This document shows, piece after piece, positions 49,426 to 59,557 of a stretch of DNA of 64,000 nucleotides. Origin of the DNA: an uncultured delta proteobacterium (GTDB taxonomy: Bacteria; Desulfobacterota; Binatia; UBA9968); assembly GCA_963727625.1 (NCBI GenBank), contig CAVSHR010000005.1:32001-96000 (forward strand), given 5' to 3'. Positions within the stretch are counted from its first letter, which is position 1. The number at the start of each line of letters is the position of its first letter. The notes below the pieces were generated by a model that saw nothing but the letters and a program-made list of their open reading frames with translations, ran no database searches and was not told the DNA's origin. The position numbers were made by a program, and so were the translations under genes.

Positions 49426-50415
49426 CTACTGCCACAGTTTTTTGAAAAACCCTTCTTTTTCCAATTCGTTGACGAATTGATTGTCGAAATAGGCCGTGAT
49501 TGGCAGTTTTTTTGCAACGGCTTCGTCGATGGACTTTTGGCCAAGCATCTGTTCGACCAAAGCCGTGAACGCCGCGCACGGCATGAAACCTTCTTTGCTC
49601 AACGCTTCAACGGAGAATTTATAGCTTTCCTCCAATATTTTATCATCGTTAATCTTCGTATACTTAGCCAAAGTCTTGAGCGCCAACTCTTTGTTGGTGT
49701 AGATCGTGCGAATGCTCTCGAAAGCCGCACGGATCATACGCTTGGCCGTGCTCGGATGCTTGTCAATAAACGAGCGCTGGGCGGCAATCCCGTTTTCGAC
49801 CACGGGGATGTTCCACTCGCGAAACTGTTTCACGCTCACCAACTCGCGAAAGCCCTTCTCCCTGAGGATTAAACTCTGCGGCGGCGGCACCCTCGCTGCG
49901 GCGACCGCGCCCGACATGAGCACCGCGGCCGATTGAATGATCGTGGCGCCGGTCACACCGGCCTTCTGAAAAATATTCAGCGCAGCGATATGGGAGATCG
50001 AACCGAAGCGGCTCACCGCCACTTTTTGGCCTTTGAGCTGGCTGAGCTCCTTGATCGACGGCGCCCCGTACATCGGAATCGTAAAGGTCTTGACTACCGC
50101 GGCAATTTGAATGACGTCGCCACCGTTCAAAACGTTGCTCACCACCGCCGGGCCCGCCAACCCGGCGAAGTTAGCCTCACCTGCTAACATCGACTGGACA
50201 ATCGCCGACGAAGCGCCTTCGTACAGTAACTCAACGTCGAGACCGTTGCGCTCGAAGTGCCCCGCGTCTTTCGCGATCCACCAGGGCAAACTGTTCCAGG
50301 AAATCGGCGAATAGGGATATTTAATCTTCTCAAGTGTCGCCGATACTGCAAACGCGGCGTTCAACGCGATCAAGACGAACAGGAGAACGCCTACGGCACG
50401 GCTAGGTCGATACAT
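49426..50415 (-). CDS. NitT/TauT-family ABC substrate-binding protein
   Basis: PWWIAKDAG.F..NGLDVE, LKG.KVAVSRFGS, F.DN.FV.ELEKEGF; start MYRPS after GGAGG. Confidence 0.85.
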   Translation of the reverse strand: MYRPSRAVGVLLFVLIALNAAFAVSATLEKIKYPYSPISWNSLPWWIAKDAGHFERNGLDVELLYEGASSAIVQSMLAGEANFAGLAGPAVVSNVLNGGDVIQIAAVVKTFTIPMYGAPSIKELSQLKGQKVAVSRFGSISHIAALNIFQKAGVTGATIIQSAAVLMSGAVAAARVPPPQSLILREKGFRELVSVKQFREWNIPVVENGIAAQRSFIDKHPSTAKRMIRAAFESIRTIYTNKELALKTLAKYTKINDDKILEESYKFSVEALSKEGFMPCAAFTALVEQMLGQKSIDEAVAKKLPITAYFDNQFVNELEKEGFFKKLWQ

Positions 50416-50648
50416 TATTTTTCCTCCCAGATTCGATAGTGAAATGGAACTTAGCGCGATCCACAGCCATGTCGAGTAGAAATCTCTTTTACAAAAAAAC
50501 GTCTTCATTTGGCTCGATGGAATTGCTTCAACGCCGGTTTTCGTATGTACTGAAGGGGTCGAACGCGCTTCCGCGCACGAGCATGCCGCCATGATCTTTG
50601 GCGGCGCCATTTTCGAATTCAAGTGATCCGCACGGGGAGGAAAGACCT

Positions 50649-51581
50649 ATGTTGCAACAATACACCGAAAAACTTTTGCCCAGGCTCTTGGAGATGGCAG
50701 TGGCCTATTTGGAAACGTCGCTGCGCATACTTCTAATCGTTGTCGCCGCTTATGTTGGAGTAAGAATACTGAAACTCGCCGTGACTCGCCTGGAGCTTTT
50801 GCTCGTCAAGGCGACAGCGAGCAGCGAAACTGTCGTTGGCGCGGCTGAAAAACGCGTTAAAACGTTGATGAACGTGCTTTGGACCATCGTCGTCGGACTG
50901 ATCTGGTTTGTCGCGACGTTGACCACGCTCGGTCAAATTGGCGTCAACGTCGGGCCGATCCTGGCCGGCGCCGGCGTCGTTGGACTGGCCGTCGGCTTCG
51001 GCGCGCAAAATCTGGTGAAAGATCTGGTGAGCGGATTTTTCTTGATCCTCGAGAACCAAGTCCGAGTCGGCGACGTCGCGGAGATCAACGGCACCGGTGG
51101 CCTGGTCGAAGCCATCACCTTTCGCACGATCGTCCTGCGCGACTTGAGCGCGGTGGTCCACGTGTTCCCCAATGGCTCTATCAATACGCTAGCGAACAGG
51201 ACCAAGGATTGGTCTGCTTACGTCATCGACATGGGGGTCGCCTACAAGGAAGACACCGATCGCGTCGTCGAAGTAATGCGCGCGGTCGGCGCGGAATTGC
51301 GCGCCGACCCGAAGTATTCTTCCGCCATGATCGACGACATCGAAATCTTCGGTGTGGACGAGTTTGCCGACTCGGCAGTGAACATCAAGTGCCGCATCAA
51401 GACCATGCCGCTGCAACAGTGGAACGTCGGCCGCGAGTACCGCCGCCGGTTGAAAAAAGCCTTCGACGCCGAGCGCATTGAGATACCGTTCCCGCACCGC
51501 ACCCTGTACATGGGCGAGGCCAGCCCGGCGTTTCAATTCGCGGTTCAGGAGCCTAACGGCGATTCGGTTGCGCGGAATTAA
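50649..51581 (+). CDS. Small-conductance mechanosensitive channel (MscS family, YbiO-like)
   Basis: LAGAGVVGLAVGFGAQNLVKD..SG, GD, G.VE, PNG, IEIPFP. Confidence 0.93.
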   Translation: MLQQYTEKLLPRLLEMAVAYLETSLRILLIVVAAYVGVRILKLAVTRLELLLVKATASSETVVGAAEKRVKTLMNVLWTIVVGLIWFVATLTTLGQIGVNVGPILAGAGVVGLAVGFGAQNLVKDLVSGFFLILENQVRVGDVAEINGTGGLVEAITFRTIVLRDLSAVVHVFPNGSINTLANRTKDWSAYVIDMGVAYKEDTDRVVEVMRAVGAELRADPKYSSAMIDDIEIFGVDEFADSAVNIKCRIKTMPLQQWNVGREYRRRLKKAFDAERIEIPFPHRTLYMGEASPAFQFAVQEPNGDSVARN

Positions 51582-51685
51582 ACACAGAGTCAACGGCAAG
51601 CGCATTCATCGGCCTCTTTTTATTTATAGCAAAGCGTGTACATTGAGCCGTGCGATTGTAACGACTACGGAGAACCCTCTGCACA

Positions 51686-52861
51686 TTGGCTGATCGTCAC
51701 TACTCGTTCACCCGCGACGAAATCGCCCCGGTTATCGTCGTCAGTTTGATCTCGTCGCTGCGGCTCCTGGGCATTTTTCTCATGCTGCCGATCTTCAGCG
51801 CTTACGCGGTGCGCTACCCGGGGGCGTCCGTCGCCTTGGCCGGGATAGCGTTTGGTATTTATGCGCTGGTGCAATCGATCTTGCAGGTGCCCTTCGGTTG
51901 GGCGAGCGACCGCTGGGGACGGAAACCGGTTCTCGTGATCGGTCTCGCCCTCTTCGTCGTCGGCAGCGTCGGCTGCGCCCTAGCCAAGGACATTCACGGT
52001 CTGATCTTCGCCCGTGCCTTGCAAGGCACGGGCGCGGTAGGTTCGGTGGCCTTCGCGGCGCTGGCCGACCTCACCCGGCCCGACGTGCGGACACAAGCCT
52101 ATACGATCACCGGCATCGCCATCGGTGTCTCGTTTATGGTCGGCCTGTTGGCCGGCCCGTTCTTGGCGGCGCAGATGGGCTTAAACGGACTCTTTTATCT
52201 CCTCGCCTTGCTAGGTTTCCTTTCCATGGTCTTGGCCGCGGTGTTTTTTCCAGCCGCTCAGCCCGGCGCCAAAAGCGAATCGCCCATGAAGCTAAAACCG
52301 ATTCTCTCGCACCGGAATCTCAGACCGATCTTCATCGCCGCTTTCGTCCTGTCCTTCGCCCTCAATCTATTTTTTTTCACCTATCCGTTGAGCTGGACCG
52401 CCATTGGGCTGGATAAGGCGGAGCTCTGGAAGGTTTATTTGGTCATTTTTCTCCCCAGCGTCTTGTTTGTCTTTCCCTATATGCGGCGGGTGGAAAAAGA
52501 AGGCCGGTTTCGCGGTCCGCTCATGATCGGCTGGCTCGCCGCCACGGTGGGCTACAGTGTGTACCTCTTCGGCGCGCAATATGATTTTTTACTCTACGTC
52601 AGCGGGGCGGCTTTTTTTTTGGGTTACAGCATTTACCAGCCAATGCTGCCGGCGTTTCTTACTCAACGGGTTTCGACCAGCGGCCGCGGCACGGCCACCG
52701 GCGTGTACAACTTTTTCGGCTTCATCGGTTCATCCCTCGGCGGAATGCTCGGCGGCGCGCTGATTCACCTCTCGCCCGCATTGCCGGAGTTGCTCGGCGT
52801 CGCGCTGCTGGTTGCCTGGTATCTAGCGGGGTTGCCGATTCCCCCCGACTCAAATTCTTGA
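51686..52861 (+). CDS. MFS transporter (YajR-like)
   Basis: LR.LG.F.MLP, G.Y.L.Q...Q.PFG..SDR.GRKP, RALQG.GA. Confidence 0.88.
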   Translation: MADRHYSFTRDEIAPVIVVSLISSLRLLGIFLMLPIFSAYAVRYPGASVALAGIAFGIYALVQSILQVPFGWASDRWGRKPVLVIGLALFVVGSVGCALAKDIHGLIFARALQGTGAVGSVAFAALADLTRPDVRTQAYTITGIAIGVSFMVGLLAGPFLAAQMGLNGLFYLLALLGFLSMVLAAVFFPAAQPGAKSESPMKLKPILSHRNLRPIFIAAFVLSFALNLFFFTYPLSWTAIGLDKAELWKVYLVIFLPSVLFVFPYMRRVEKEGRFRGPLMIGWLAATVGYSVYLFGAQYDFLLYVSGAAFFLGYSIYQPMLPAFLTQRVSTSGRGTATGVYNFFGFIGSSLGGMLGGALIHLSPALPELLGVALLVAWYLAGLPIPPDSNS

Positions 52862-52911
52862 CCGTTGATCCATCCGCTACCATGGTGTAGTCAGAATGGA
52901 GAGGAAAGTCC

Positions 52912-53313
52912 ATGCGACTGCCCAGGTCTTACCGTGCCGCGTGCTATCTCCTAGTCACAATGTTACTGCCGCTGATATTCGCGGCATGCGGCGGCTCGCG
53001 CGATGAAACAATCAGCGGCGTTGCGATTCCGGTTCCCAATGCGTTAAAAAAGGGGCCGGATAAGCAATCGGAAATTTCTATTCTAGGGTTCGGCGCCGGA
53101 CAGGCATCGTTTCATGGCAATATGGATCGCGAGAAGCTTGTTGAGTTCTTTAAAAAAGAAATGCCGGCGCGCGGCTGGCAAGAGAATCTGAATCTCCGTA
53201 GCGCTTCCGCCATCCTCGCCTTCAGCAAGGATGGTAAATCCGTCCTGATCGGTATCGGCAGGGAAAACGATGGCGCCACCTTAACGTTGACGGTTAGTGG
53301 AGCGAGACGCTGA
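52912..53313 (+). CDS. Hypothetical lipoprotein
   Basis: Lipobox FAAC; FFK.EM...GW motif; GAGG RBS. Confidence 0.7.
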   Translation: MRLPRSYRAACYLLVTMLLPLIFAACGGSRDETISGVAIPVPNALKKGPDKQSEISILGFGAGQASFHGNMDREKLVEFFKKEMPARGWQENLNLRSASAILAFSKDGKSVLIGIGRENDGATLTLTVSGARR

Positions 53314-53370
53314 TGGCTGCGACGGCTTGCGCGAACGGCACTAAAGGTACTCGTATAAAGGAGACACCGT

Positions 53371-53847
53371 ATGAAAGGGAATGAAAAGGTCATTGATGTT
53401 TTGAACCAAGTGCTGTGCAAAGAGCTCACGGGGATCAATCAATACTTCATGCACGCAAAGTTGTGCAAAAGCTGGAATTACGAAAAACTATTCAAACATA
53501 TTTGGGAAGAGTCCATCGAAGAGATGAGGCACGCCGACGAAGTCATCGATCGGTTGCTGTTTCTCGAAGGCTCGCCGAGCATCTCGTCTTATGACAAGAT
53601 CATGGTCGGCACGACGGTAAAACAACAGCTGGAAAATGATCTCGGCCTGGAGATGGCCGCCCTGGTGGTACTTCGTCCGGGTATCAAGATCTGCTTGGAG
53701 GCCAGCGACGACGCTTCTAAACATTTGCTAGAAAAAATACTAATCGAAGAAGAGAAGCACGTCGATTGGCTCGAATCCCAGCTGCGCCAAATCGAGGAAG
53801 TCGGCTATCAAAATTACCTCGCCCAACAAATCAAGAGCAAGGACTGA
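53371..53847 (+). CDS. bfr: Bacterioferritin
   Basis: MKG..VI..LN..L..EL..INQYF.H, SIEEM.HA (heme Met), LFLEG, EE.H.DWLE. Confidence 0.96.
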   Translation: MKGNEKVIDVLNQVLCKELTGINQYFMHAKLCKSWNYEKLFKHIWEESIEEMRHADEVIDRLLFLEGSPSISSYDKIMVGTTVKQQLENDLGLEMAALVVLRPGIKICLEASDDASKHLLEKILIEEEKHVDWLESQLRQIEEVGYQNYLAQQIKSKD

Positions 53848-53910
53848 CCGACGAGACGATGATCTCCTGAGTGAATCATCACACCCTTTGATTCAGGCCG
53901 AGGTGCATCC

Positions 53911-54777
53911 CTAGCCCTTGCCCAACGACACGGCGAAAACCCCCGCAACCACCAGCGCCGCGCCGGCGAGCTTTCTCGGCGTTACGCTCTCAATTTGCCG
54001 GGCCATGAACGGCGTCAAGATCGCGACGAACACCGTGTAGCTGTTCACCAGCGGCGCGACGATTGAAACCCGCTCCAGACTGTAAGCGACGTACATGAAC
54101 AGAAACGATCCACCGGTGAATAGTCCCGACCCGACGAACCAGCGGGCGATGCGGCGCGGCGGCAAGATAAATTTTTCGCGATGGATATAGCGCGTGATGA
54201 AAAAGATCTCGACAGTCGAGGTCAGCGCGGCAATGCCCGCCGCAAGAATCGGCTGCCCCGCGCCACCGCCCAAACCCCAGCGCACGGCGATGTCTTTCAT
54301 CGAAAACATAAGCGCGCAGAGAAACGGAAAGATGAGCTCGATCTTTTTATAGGTCGTTTTCTCACCGCCCCAGGACACCGTCACCAGTCCGCCCACGGTA
54401 AGCAGCACGCCGAGCAACACCAGCGGCGCCGGCCGTTCGCCCAGAATGAGCACTGCCAGCAGGGTGGAAAATATCGGCGTGGTATTGACGATCGTGGAAG
54501 TCACCGAACTACCCAGGGTGCGAATGCCGCGAAAGCTCAAGACCCGCGTCACACCGGGCACGAACAGGCCGATCGCGACGTAGATCAGATTATCCGCGAC
54601 CAACAGCCGGGTCTCGCTGTTCAGCAAAAAATGAGCAGCCAGTAAAAAGGCGCAATTGCCGGCGATGGTGATCCATGCGCCCCACGGCGCCGGGCCTTGA
54701 TGGTAACCGCGCTGCGCCAGCAAACTGGCAATCGCGAAGCAAAGGGACGTCAAAAGACCAAAGGTAATCGGCAACAC
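53911..54777 (-). CDS. DMT/EamA family transporter
   Basis: Ten TM segments in two repeats; P.F...LA...LGE. Confidence 0.85.
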   Translation of the reverse strand: MLPITFGLLTSLCFAIASLLAQRGYHQGPAPWGAWITIAGNCAFLLAAHFLLNSETRLLVADNLIYVAIGLFVPGVTRVLSFRGIRTLGSSVTSTIVNTTPIFSTLLAVLILGERPAPLVLLGVLLTVGGLVTVSWGGEKTTYKKIELIFPFLCALMFSMKDIAVRWGLGGGAGQPILAAGIAALTSTVEIFFITRYIHREKFILPPRRIARWFVGSGLFTGGSFLFMYVAYSLERVSIVAPLVNSYTVFVAILTPFMARQIESVTPRKLAGAALVVAGVFAVSLGKG

Positions 54778-54852
54778 GGCGCGGGCTTGGTTTCCTTGGA
54801 GAAGTTTTTCAACTAAAGTGACTTATATCCGAAAACGCGCTCGACTGCATTC

Positions 54853-55917
54853 ATGCTCTCATCGCATCGCCTCGCCATCCGCCGCAAACTCCTGCGCTGG
54901 TACGAACGGAACAAACGCGACTTGCCGTGGCGCCGCAGCCGCGACCCCTACGCGATTTGGATCGCCGAGACCATGCTGCAGCAGACTCAGGTCAAAACCG
55001 TGATTCCCTACTATGAAAAATTCCTGGCGGCGTTCCCGACCGTCGTCCGTCTGGCGCGCGCGCCGCGACAAACGGTGCTGCGCCACTGGTCCGGTCTCGG
55101 CTATTATCGGCGCGCCGAGAATCTCCACAAGGCGGCGCGTCAAATCGTCCGGCGGCATGGCGGCGAACTGCCGCGCCAGCCCGCCGAGCTCAGGGCGCTG
55201 GCCGGCATCGGCGATTATACCGCAGGCGCGCTGCTGAGCATCGCCTTCCATAAGCCTTTCCCGGCCGTCGACGGCAACGTGCGCCGCGTGCTCGGCAGAC
55301 TTCTGCCCCTCCAAGACGAGCATGAACTTCGCCGAACTGCCGAAGCTTTGGTGCCTACAAAAAAACCCGGAACTTTCAATCAAGCGCTCATGGAGCTTGG
55401 CGCCACCGTTTGCACGCCGCAAAATCAACGCTGCCCCGACTGCCCGCTCCGGTCCGCATGCGTCACGGCGATCCACCCGGCCGGGACGACAACGGCGCAG
55501 AACAATAACCGGAGGTGCGCCATCGACGTCGTTTGGCCGCTTGCCATCGTACGGCGCGGCGGCAAGATTCTCTTGCGCCGGCGCGGCTCCAAGGGATTGC
55601 TCGCCGGCTTGTGGGAGATTCCCGGCGGTGTAGTGAATAAATGCGAATCCATCGCGGCCACGCTGGCGCGCCACTTGCCGAGTTTGGGATTGAGCCTGGG
55701 ACAGGCGAAACAAATCGGCGTTTTCCACCACGCCATTACCTACCGCCGCATCCGTGCGCCGGTTTATTTAATCGAAGCGGCCGAAAAACGCGACATCGCT
55801 TTGCCGCGCCCGAGTTGGCGCTGGGTCGAGCCCGCCAAGCTGAATGAGCGGGCGACTTCATCGATGACCGTGAAAGCCGTGAATCTTTTGACCGCCCATG
55901 AAAAAAGTTCTCGTTAG
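54853..55917 (+). CDS. mutY: A/G-specific adenine glycosylase
   Basis: RDLPWR, PY.IW..E.MLQQT, W.GLGYYRRA, GIG.YTA, VDGNV.RV, NQALMELGA..C......C..CP....C. Confidence 0.95.
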   Translation: MLSSHRLAIRRKLLRWYERNKRDLPWRRSRDPYAIWIAETMLQQTQVKTVIPYYEKFLAAFPTVVRLARAPRQTVLRHWSGLGYYRRAENLHKAARQIVRRHGGELPRQPAELRALAGIGDYTAGALLSIAFHKPFPAVDGNVRRVLGRLLPLQDEHELRRTAEALVPTKKPGTFNQALMELGATVCTPQNQRCPDCPLRSACVTAIHPAGTTTAQNNNRRCAIDVVWPLAIVRRGGKILLRRRGSKGLLAGLWEIPGGVVNKCESIAATLARHLPSLGLSLGQAKQIGVFHHAITYRRIRAPVYLIEAAEKRDIALPRPSWRWVEPAKLNERATSSMTVKAVNLLTAHEKSSR

Positions 55918-56659
55918 TAGTTTGTTTCTCACCGTGCTCGTCGGCATCGGTTATTATTTTTATGCCACTTTGCCCGACGTCACGGCGCTGAAGCAAAGAA
56001 ATCCCAAAACCACCGCTTTGATCGAGCTGCGCACCGAAGAGTACAAAAAAAAAGGATTGCGCAACCCGCGCCGGCAAATCTGGGTTCCCTACGGCGCGAT
56101 TTCGGAGCATCTCAAGAAAGCGATCCTGATCAGCGAAGACGCGGCATTCTTCAGTCACCAAGGCGTCGACCTGATCGAACTGAAGGCGGCGTTAAAAAAA
56201 GATTGGGAGACCTTTAGCTTCAACCGGGGTGGCAGCACCATCACCATGCAGCTCGCCAAGAATCTTTTTTTGAACCCGTCGAAAAATCCGCTGCGTAAAC
56301 TAAAAGAGATCTTGATCGCCCGTCAGCTCGAGAAATCATTGTCGAAACGGCGGATTTTCGAGCTTTACTTGAACATCGTCGAATGGGGACGCAACGTTTA
56401 CGGCGCCGAGGCCGCGGCGCGCTATTATTTCGGCAAATCCGCCGACGACGTTGATCCGCTGGAAGCGGCAACCCTTGCCGCGCTCCTGCCCAGCCCGCGG
56501 GGATCGAGAGAGCGCAATATCGTCTATCGCCGAAACGTGATTTTGAACCGTTTGGCGAGTGTTGGCTACATCAGTAGTGAAGAGTATCAACGGGCGCGCC
56601 AGACGCCGCTTTTTCGAAAGGTCGAAGTCAAACTGTCCGAGCTGCCCCAAGAGGACTGA
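55898..56659 (+). CDS. mtgA: Monofunctional peptidoglycan glycosyltransferase
   Basis: ED..F..H.G.D, RGGSTITMQLAKNLFL, RK..E, YLN..EWG. Confidence 0.92.
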   Translation: MKKVLVSSLFLTVLVGIGYYFYATLPDVTALKQRNPKTTALIELRTEEYKKKGLRNPRRQIWVPYGAISEHLKKAILISEDAAFFSHQGVDLIELKAALKKDWETFSFNRGGSTITMQLAKNLFLNPSKNPLRKLKEILIARQLEKSLSKRRIFELYLNIVEWGRNVYGAEAAARYYFGKSADDVDPLEAATLAALLPSPRGSRERNIVYRRNVILNRLASVGYISSEEYQRARQTPLFRKVEVKLSELPQED

Positions 56660-56830
56660 CGAGACAGCAAAAGAACAATTTTGTTCGGGCAAGATTTGCT
56701 AAAAATTTTGTACATCGTTTGTTCGCCCGCTGCGTCTAACTCTCCAGAAAGGACGGTTCCTCGCCGCTGATTCCACAGCGACGAAAAGCTGCGTTGACCG
56801 TGCCCGCAACGAAGAAGAAAGAGCAAAAGC

Positions 56831-57043
56831 ATGAAAAAACCGGAATCTGAAAAGATTGAGACCACCCTGGGAGAGCTCGTCGCCGCCGCCAGCGAAGTCG
56901 CCTTCGAGTACTCCAATAACGACATCGAAGCGTACAAGCTGGCTCGCCTGGCACTCATCGAAATTCTTAGAAAAACCTCGCATCCTCTCGACTTAGATCG
57001 AGAATTTGAAAGTCTGGGTATGTCATCTAAGCTCGTTCATTAA
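56831..57043 (+). CDS. Small hypothetical protein (TTLxEL motif)
   Basis: Purine-rich RBS, 70-aa helical ORF, degenerate ECF-like promoter upstream. Confidence 0.65.
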   Translation: MKKPESEKIETTLGELVAAASEVAFEYSNNDIEAYKLARLALIEILRKTSHPLDLDREFESLGMSSKLVH

Positions 57044-57101
57044 GTCTTCGAAGGCCAGCGAGCGGCACCCTCCCTGGGCCGTGCAAATCCGCAATTTTTG
57101 G

Positions 57102-57127
57102 GGAACTTTTGCCCACGTCGCTACGTT
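57102..57127 (+). promoter_or_regulatory. Candidate ECF promoter, GGAAC-N17-CGTT type
   Basis: GGAAC TTTTGCCCACGTCGCTA CGTT, ~110 nt upstream of the redoxin ATG. Confidence 0.45.
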
Positions 57128-57153
57128 TTGATTGACATAGATCTCGAGGCAAA

Positions 57154-57181
57154 CAACCAAAACACTGTGGCGCTCATCTAA
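57154..57181 (+). promoter_or_regulatory. Candidate ECF promoter AACC-N16-CRTCTAA, copy 1
   Basis: CAACC AAAACACTGTGGCGCT CATCTAA upstream of redoxin-msrPQ. Confidence 0.65.
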
Positions 57182-57235
57182 TAGCGGCGCGACCATGCGC
57201 CGCAAATTGGCTGCAGCGGAGGAAAACCGAGAAAA

Positions 57236-57763
57236 ATGTTTCGATCCCTCACCTTGTGGCTGCTGATCGGGCTGGGTGCAGCGGCTTGGCTGGCCTGGCC
57301 AAAGTTTGGTGCGGCAATTACTTCGGGACAAAAGGCTCCGGAGTTCACCGGCGAAAATTGGCTAAATAGCAAACCTCTGACCATCGCGGGGCTGAAGGGC
57401 CGAGTCGTACTGGTCGAGTTCTGGACCTACGGCTGAATCAACTGCCGAAACATCATCCCGCAGTTGCGGGCGTGGCATGATAAGTACGAGGGCTCGGGCC
57501 TGACCATCGTCGGTGTCCACACCCCGGAGTTTTTCTGGGAAAAGGCGCTCGACAAGGTAAGAAAAGCAACCACAAGATTGGGCATCAAGTTTCCGGTCGT
57601 GCAAGACAATGATTTTGACAATTGGAAGCGCTACGGCGTCTGGGCTTGGCCGACGGTTATCTTGATCGACAAGCAAGGCGTGATCCGCTACAGCCACATC
57701 GGGGAAGGTGGCTACCAGAAAACCGAATCAATCATCCGCCAACTGCTCGACAGTCCAAGTTGA
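57236..57763 (+). CDS. Exported thioredoxin-like redoxin (DipZ/TlpA-like) with in-frame TGA: putative selenoprotein (UxxC)
   Basis: ORFs 57236-57436 and 57464-57763 are in one frame: APEF...WLNS.PLT...[29 protein letters not shown]...LID..G.IRY.H.GEG. Confidence 0.85.
57452..57481 (+). promoter_or_regulatory. SECIS-like hairpin
   Basis: ATCAT-CCCGC-AGTT-GCGGG-(CGTGGC)-ATGAT starting 16 nt after the TGA, with a G in the apical loop. Confidence 0.55.
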
Positions 57764-57816
57764 CAGTCGCTCTTTTCTCGGCAAACATAGACACAGGAGT
57801 CCGGAGGAACGAAGCC

Positions 57817-58791
57817 ATGCTGATCAAAAAACCCGCGGATTTAAAATCATCCGACATCACGCCCAAAGATCTTTACATGAACCGGCGTGAGTTTATCGCA
57901 TCCGCATCGACCCTGGCAGCATCCGCCGCGGCGGCTCTCGCCGGCTTGGGCGCCTTCGCCATGCCGGAAAAGGCGCAAGCCGGGCAAAAGCTCGCGAACC
58001 TAAAAAAAAGCTTTTACAGCACCGCTGAAAAGCAAAACTCTTTTAAAGACATCACTTCCTACAATAATTTTTACGAGCTCGGCGTCGACAAAAGCGACCC
58101 GGCGCAAAACGCCAAGTATCTGACTACCCGGCCATGGAGCGTCACTGTCGAAGGTGAAGTAAAAAAGCCCAAGACCTTCGACATCGAAACGATCATGAAA
58201 ATGAGCCCGCTCGAAGAGCGGGTTTATCGCATGCGCTGCGTCGAAGCCTGGTCCATGGTCGTCCCCTGGATCGGCTTCCCACTCAGCGCGCTGATCAAAC
58301 AGGTGGAACCGACCAACAACGCCAAATTCATTCAGTTCGTCACGTTGCTCGACCCAAAGCGTCTACCGGGGCAGAAGCCGGGGATTTTCGGCAGCGTGCT
58401 CGATTGGCCCTATGTCGAAGGGCTGCGCATGGACGAAGCGATGCACCCCCTGGCGATTCTCTCGGTGGGTCTCTACGGCGAAGTGTTGCCGGGGCAAAAC
58501 GGCGCGCCACTGCGCATGGTGGTCCCTTGGAAGTACGGCTTCAAGAGCATCAAGTCGATCGTCAAAATCCGCTTCGTCGAGACCCAGCCGCCGACCTCGT
58601 GGAATAAAATGCAGCCGCGGGAGTACGGCTTCTATTCCAACGTCAATCCGGAAGTCGATCATCCGCGCTGGAGCCAAGCCACCGAGCGGCGCATCGGCGA
58701 GTTTCTGCGTCGCAAGACTCTTATGTTCAACGGCTACGGCGAGCAGGTGGCAAGCTTGTATAAGGGAATGGACCTGAAGAAAAACTACTGA
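57817..58791 (+). CDS. msrP: Periplasmic protein-methionine-sulfoxide reductase, catalytic subunit
   Basis: Tat signal NRREFI; [56 protein letters not shown]. Confidence 0.96.
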   Translation: MLIKKPADLKSSDITPKDLYMNRREFIASASTLAASAAAALAGLGAFAMPEKAQAGQKLANLKKSFYSTAEKQNSFKDITSYNNFYELGVDKSDPAQNAKYLTTRPWSVTVEGEVKKPKTFDIETIMKMSPLEERVYRMRCVEAWSMVVPWIGFPLSALIKQVEPTNNAKFIQFVTLLDPKRLPGQKPGIFGSVLDWPYVEGLRMDEAMHPLAILSVGLYGEVLPGQNGAPLRMVVPWKYGFKSIKSIVKIRFVETQPPTSWNKMQPREYGFYSNVNPEVDHPRWSQATERRIGEFLRRKTLMFNGYGEQVASLYKGMDLKKNY

Positions 58792-58891
58792 AGCAATTAA
58801 GAATTGAAAATGGAAAATTAAGATACGCCCCACGACTCCGTAAACCGCTTCTTTCTCCCGTTTTCAATTTACCATTTTACATTGTCCATTT

Positions 58892-59557
58892 ATGACGACT
58901 TGGCTCAAACCGCTCGCGTTCATTCTCTGCTCGGTGCCGCTCGGCCAGCTCGCCTACAACGCCTATGTCGGGGATCTGGGCGTCAATCCGATCGAGACGC
59001 TCACCCGATTCACCGGTTCCTGGGCGCTGATATTCTTGTTGACCAGCCTCGCCGTCACGCCGCTGCGGCGCCTCACCGGCTGGAACGACCTGGTCAAGCT
59101 GCGCCGTATGCTCGGCCTGTTCGCCTTCTGCTATGCCGCCCTGCATTTTTCCATTTACATCGGCTTGGATCATTTCTTCGATTTCGCGGCGATCGGCAAA
59201 GATATCGTCAAGCGACCCTACGTGACCGCGGGATTTACCGCCTTCATGATCATGCTGCCGCTGGCGCTCACTTCCAGCGCGGCGATGATCCGGCGCCTGG
59301 GCAAGCGTTGGCAACAGTTGCACCGCTTGGTGTACGTGGCGGCCATCGCCGCCGTGATTCATTTTTATTGGTTGGTGAAGGCGGACATCAGGCGCCCGGC
59401 GCAATATGGCGCCGTTCTGGCGTTGCTGTTGGGCTACCGGCTCTTTGTCAAGATGCGACCGCGCCTGGCGCCAAAACCGTCGGGCGGGCGTTTGCGCGCG
59501 ACGCCGGCCGAGGCCAAAACTCCACCGCGCGGCGCAAGCCCTAAGCGGGCTTCTTGA
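58892..59557 (+). CDS. msrQ: Protein-methionine-sulfoxide reductase, heme-binding subunit
   Basis: NP.E.L...TG.W, RRMLGL.AF.YA.LH, KRPY.T.G, LA.TS, W..LHRLVY, H. Confidence 0.95.
   Translation: MTTWLKPLAFILCSVPLGQLAYNAYVGDLGVNPIETLTRFTGSWALIFLLTSLAVTPLRRLTGWNDLVKLRRMLGLFAFCYAALHFSIYIGLDHFFDFAAIGKDIVKRPYVTAGFTAFMIMLPLALTSSAAMIRRLGKRWQQLHRLVYVAAIAAVIHFYWLVKADIRRPAQYGAVLALLLGYRLFVKMRPRLAPKPSGGRLRATPAEAKTPPRGASPKRAS

Noticed and set aside
56686-56700. Possible sigma54 promoter CGGGCAAGATTTGCT
   Set aside because: The GG-to-GC spacing is 9 or less, not the required 10.
57622-57816. Long N-terminal extension of msrP given in the ORF track
   Set aside because: It overlaps the redoxin gene. The GGAGG RBS and the MLIKK..NRREF Tat leader indicate a start at 57817.
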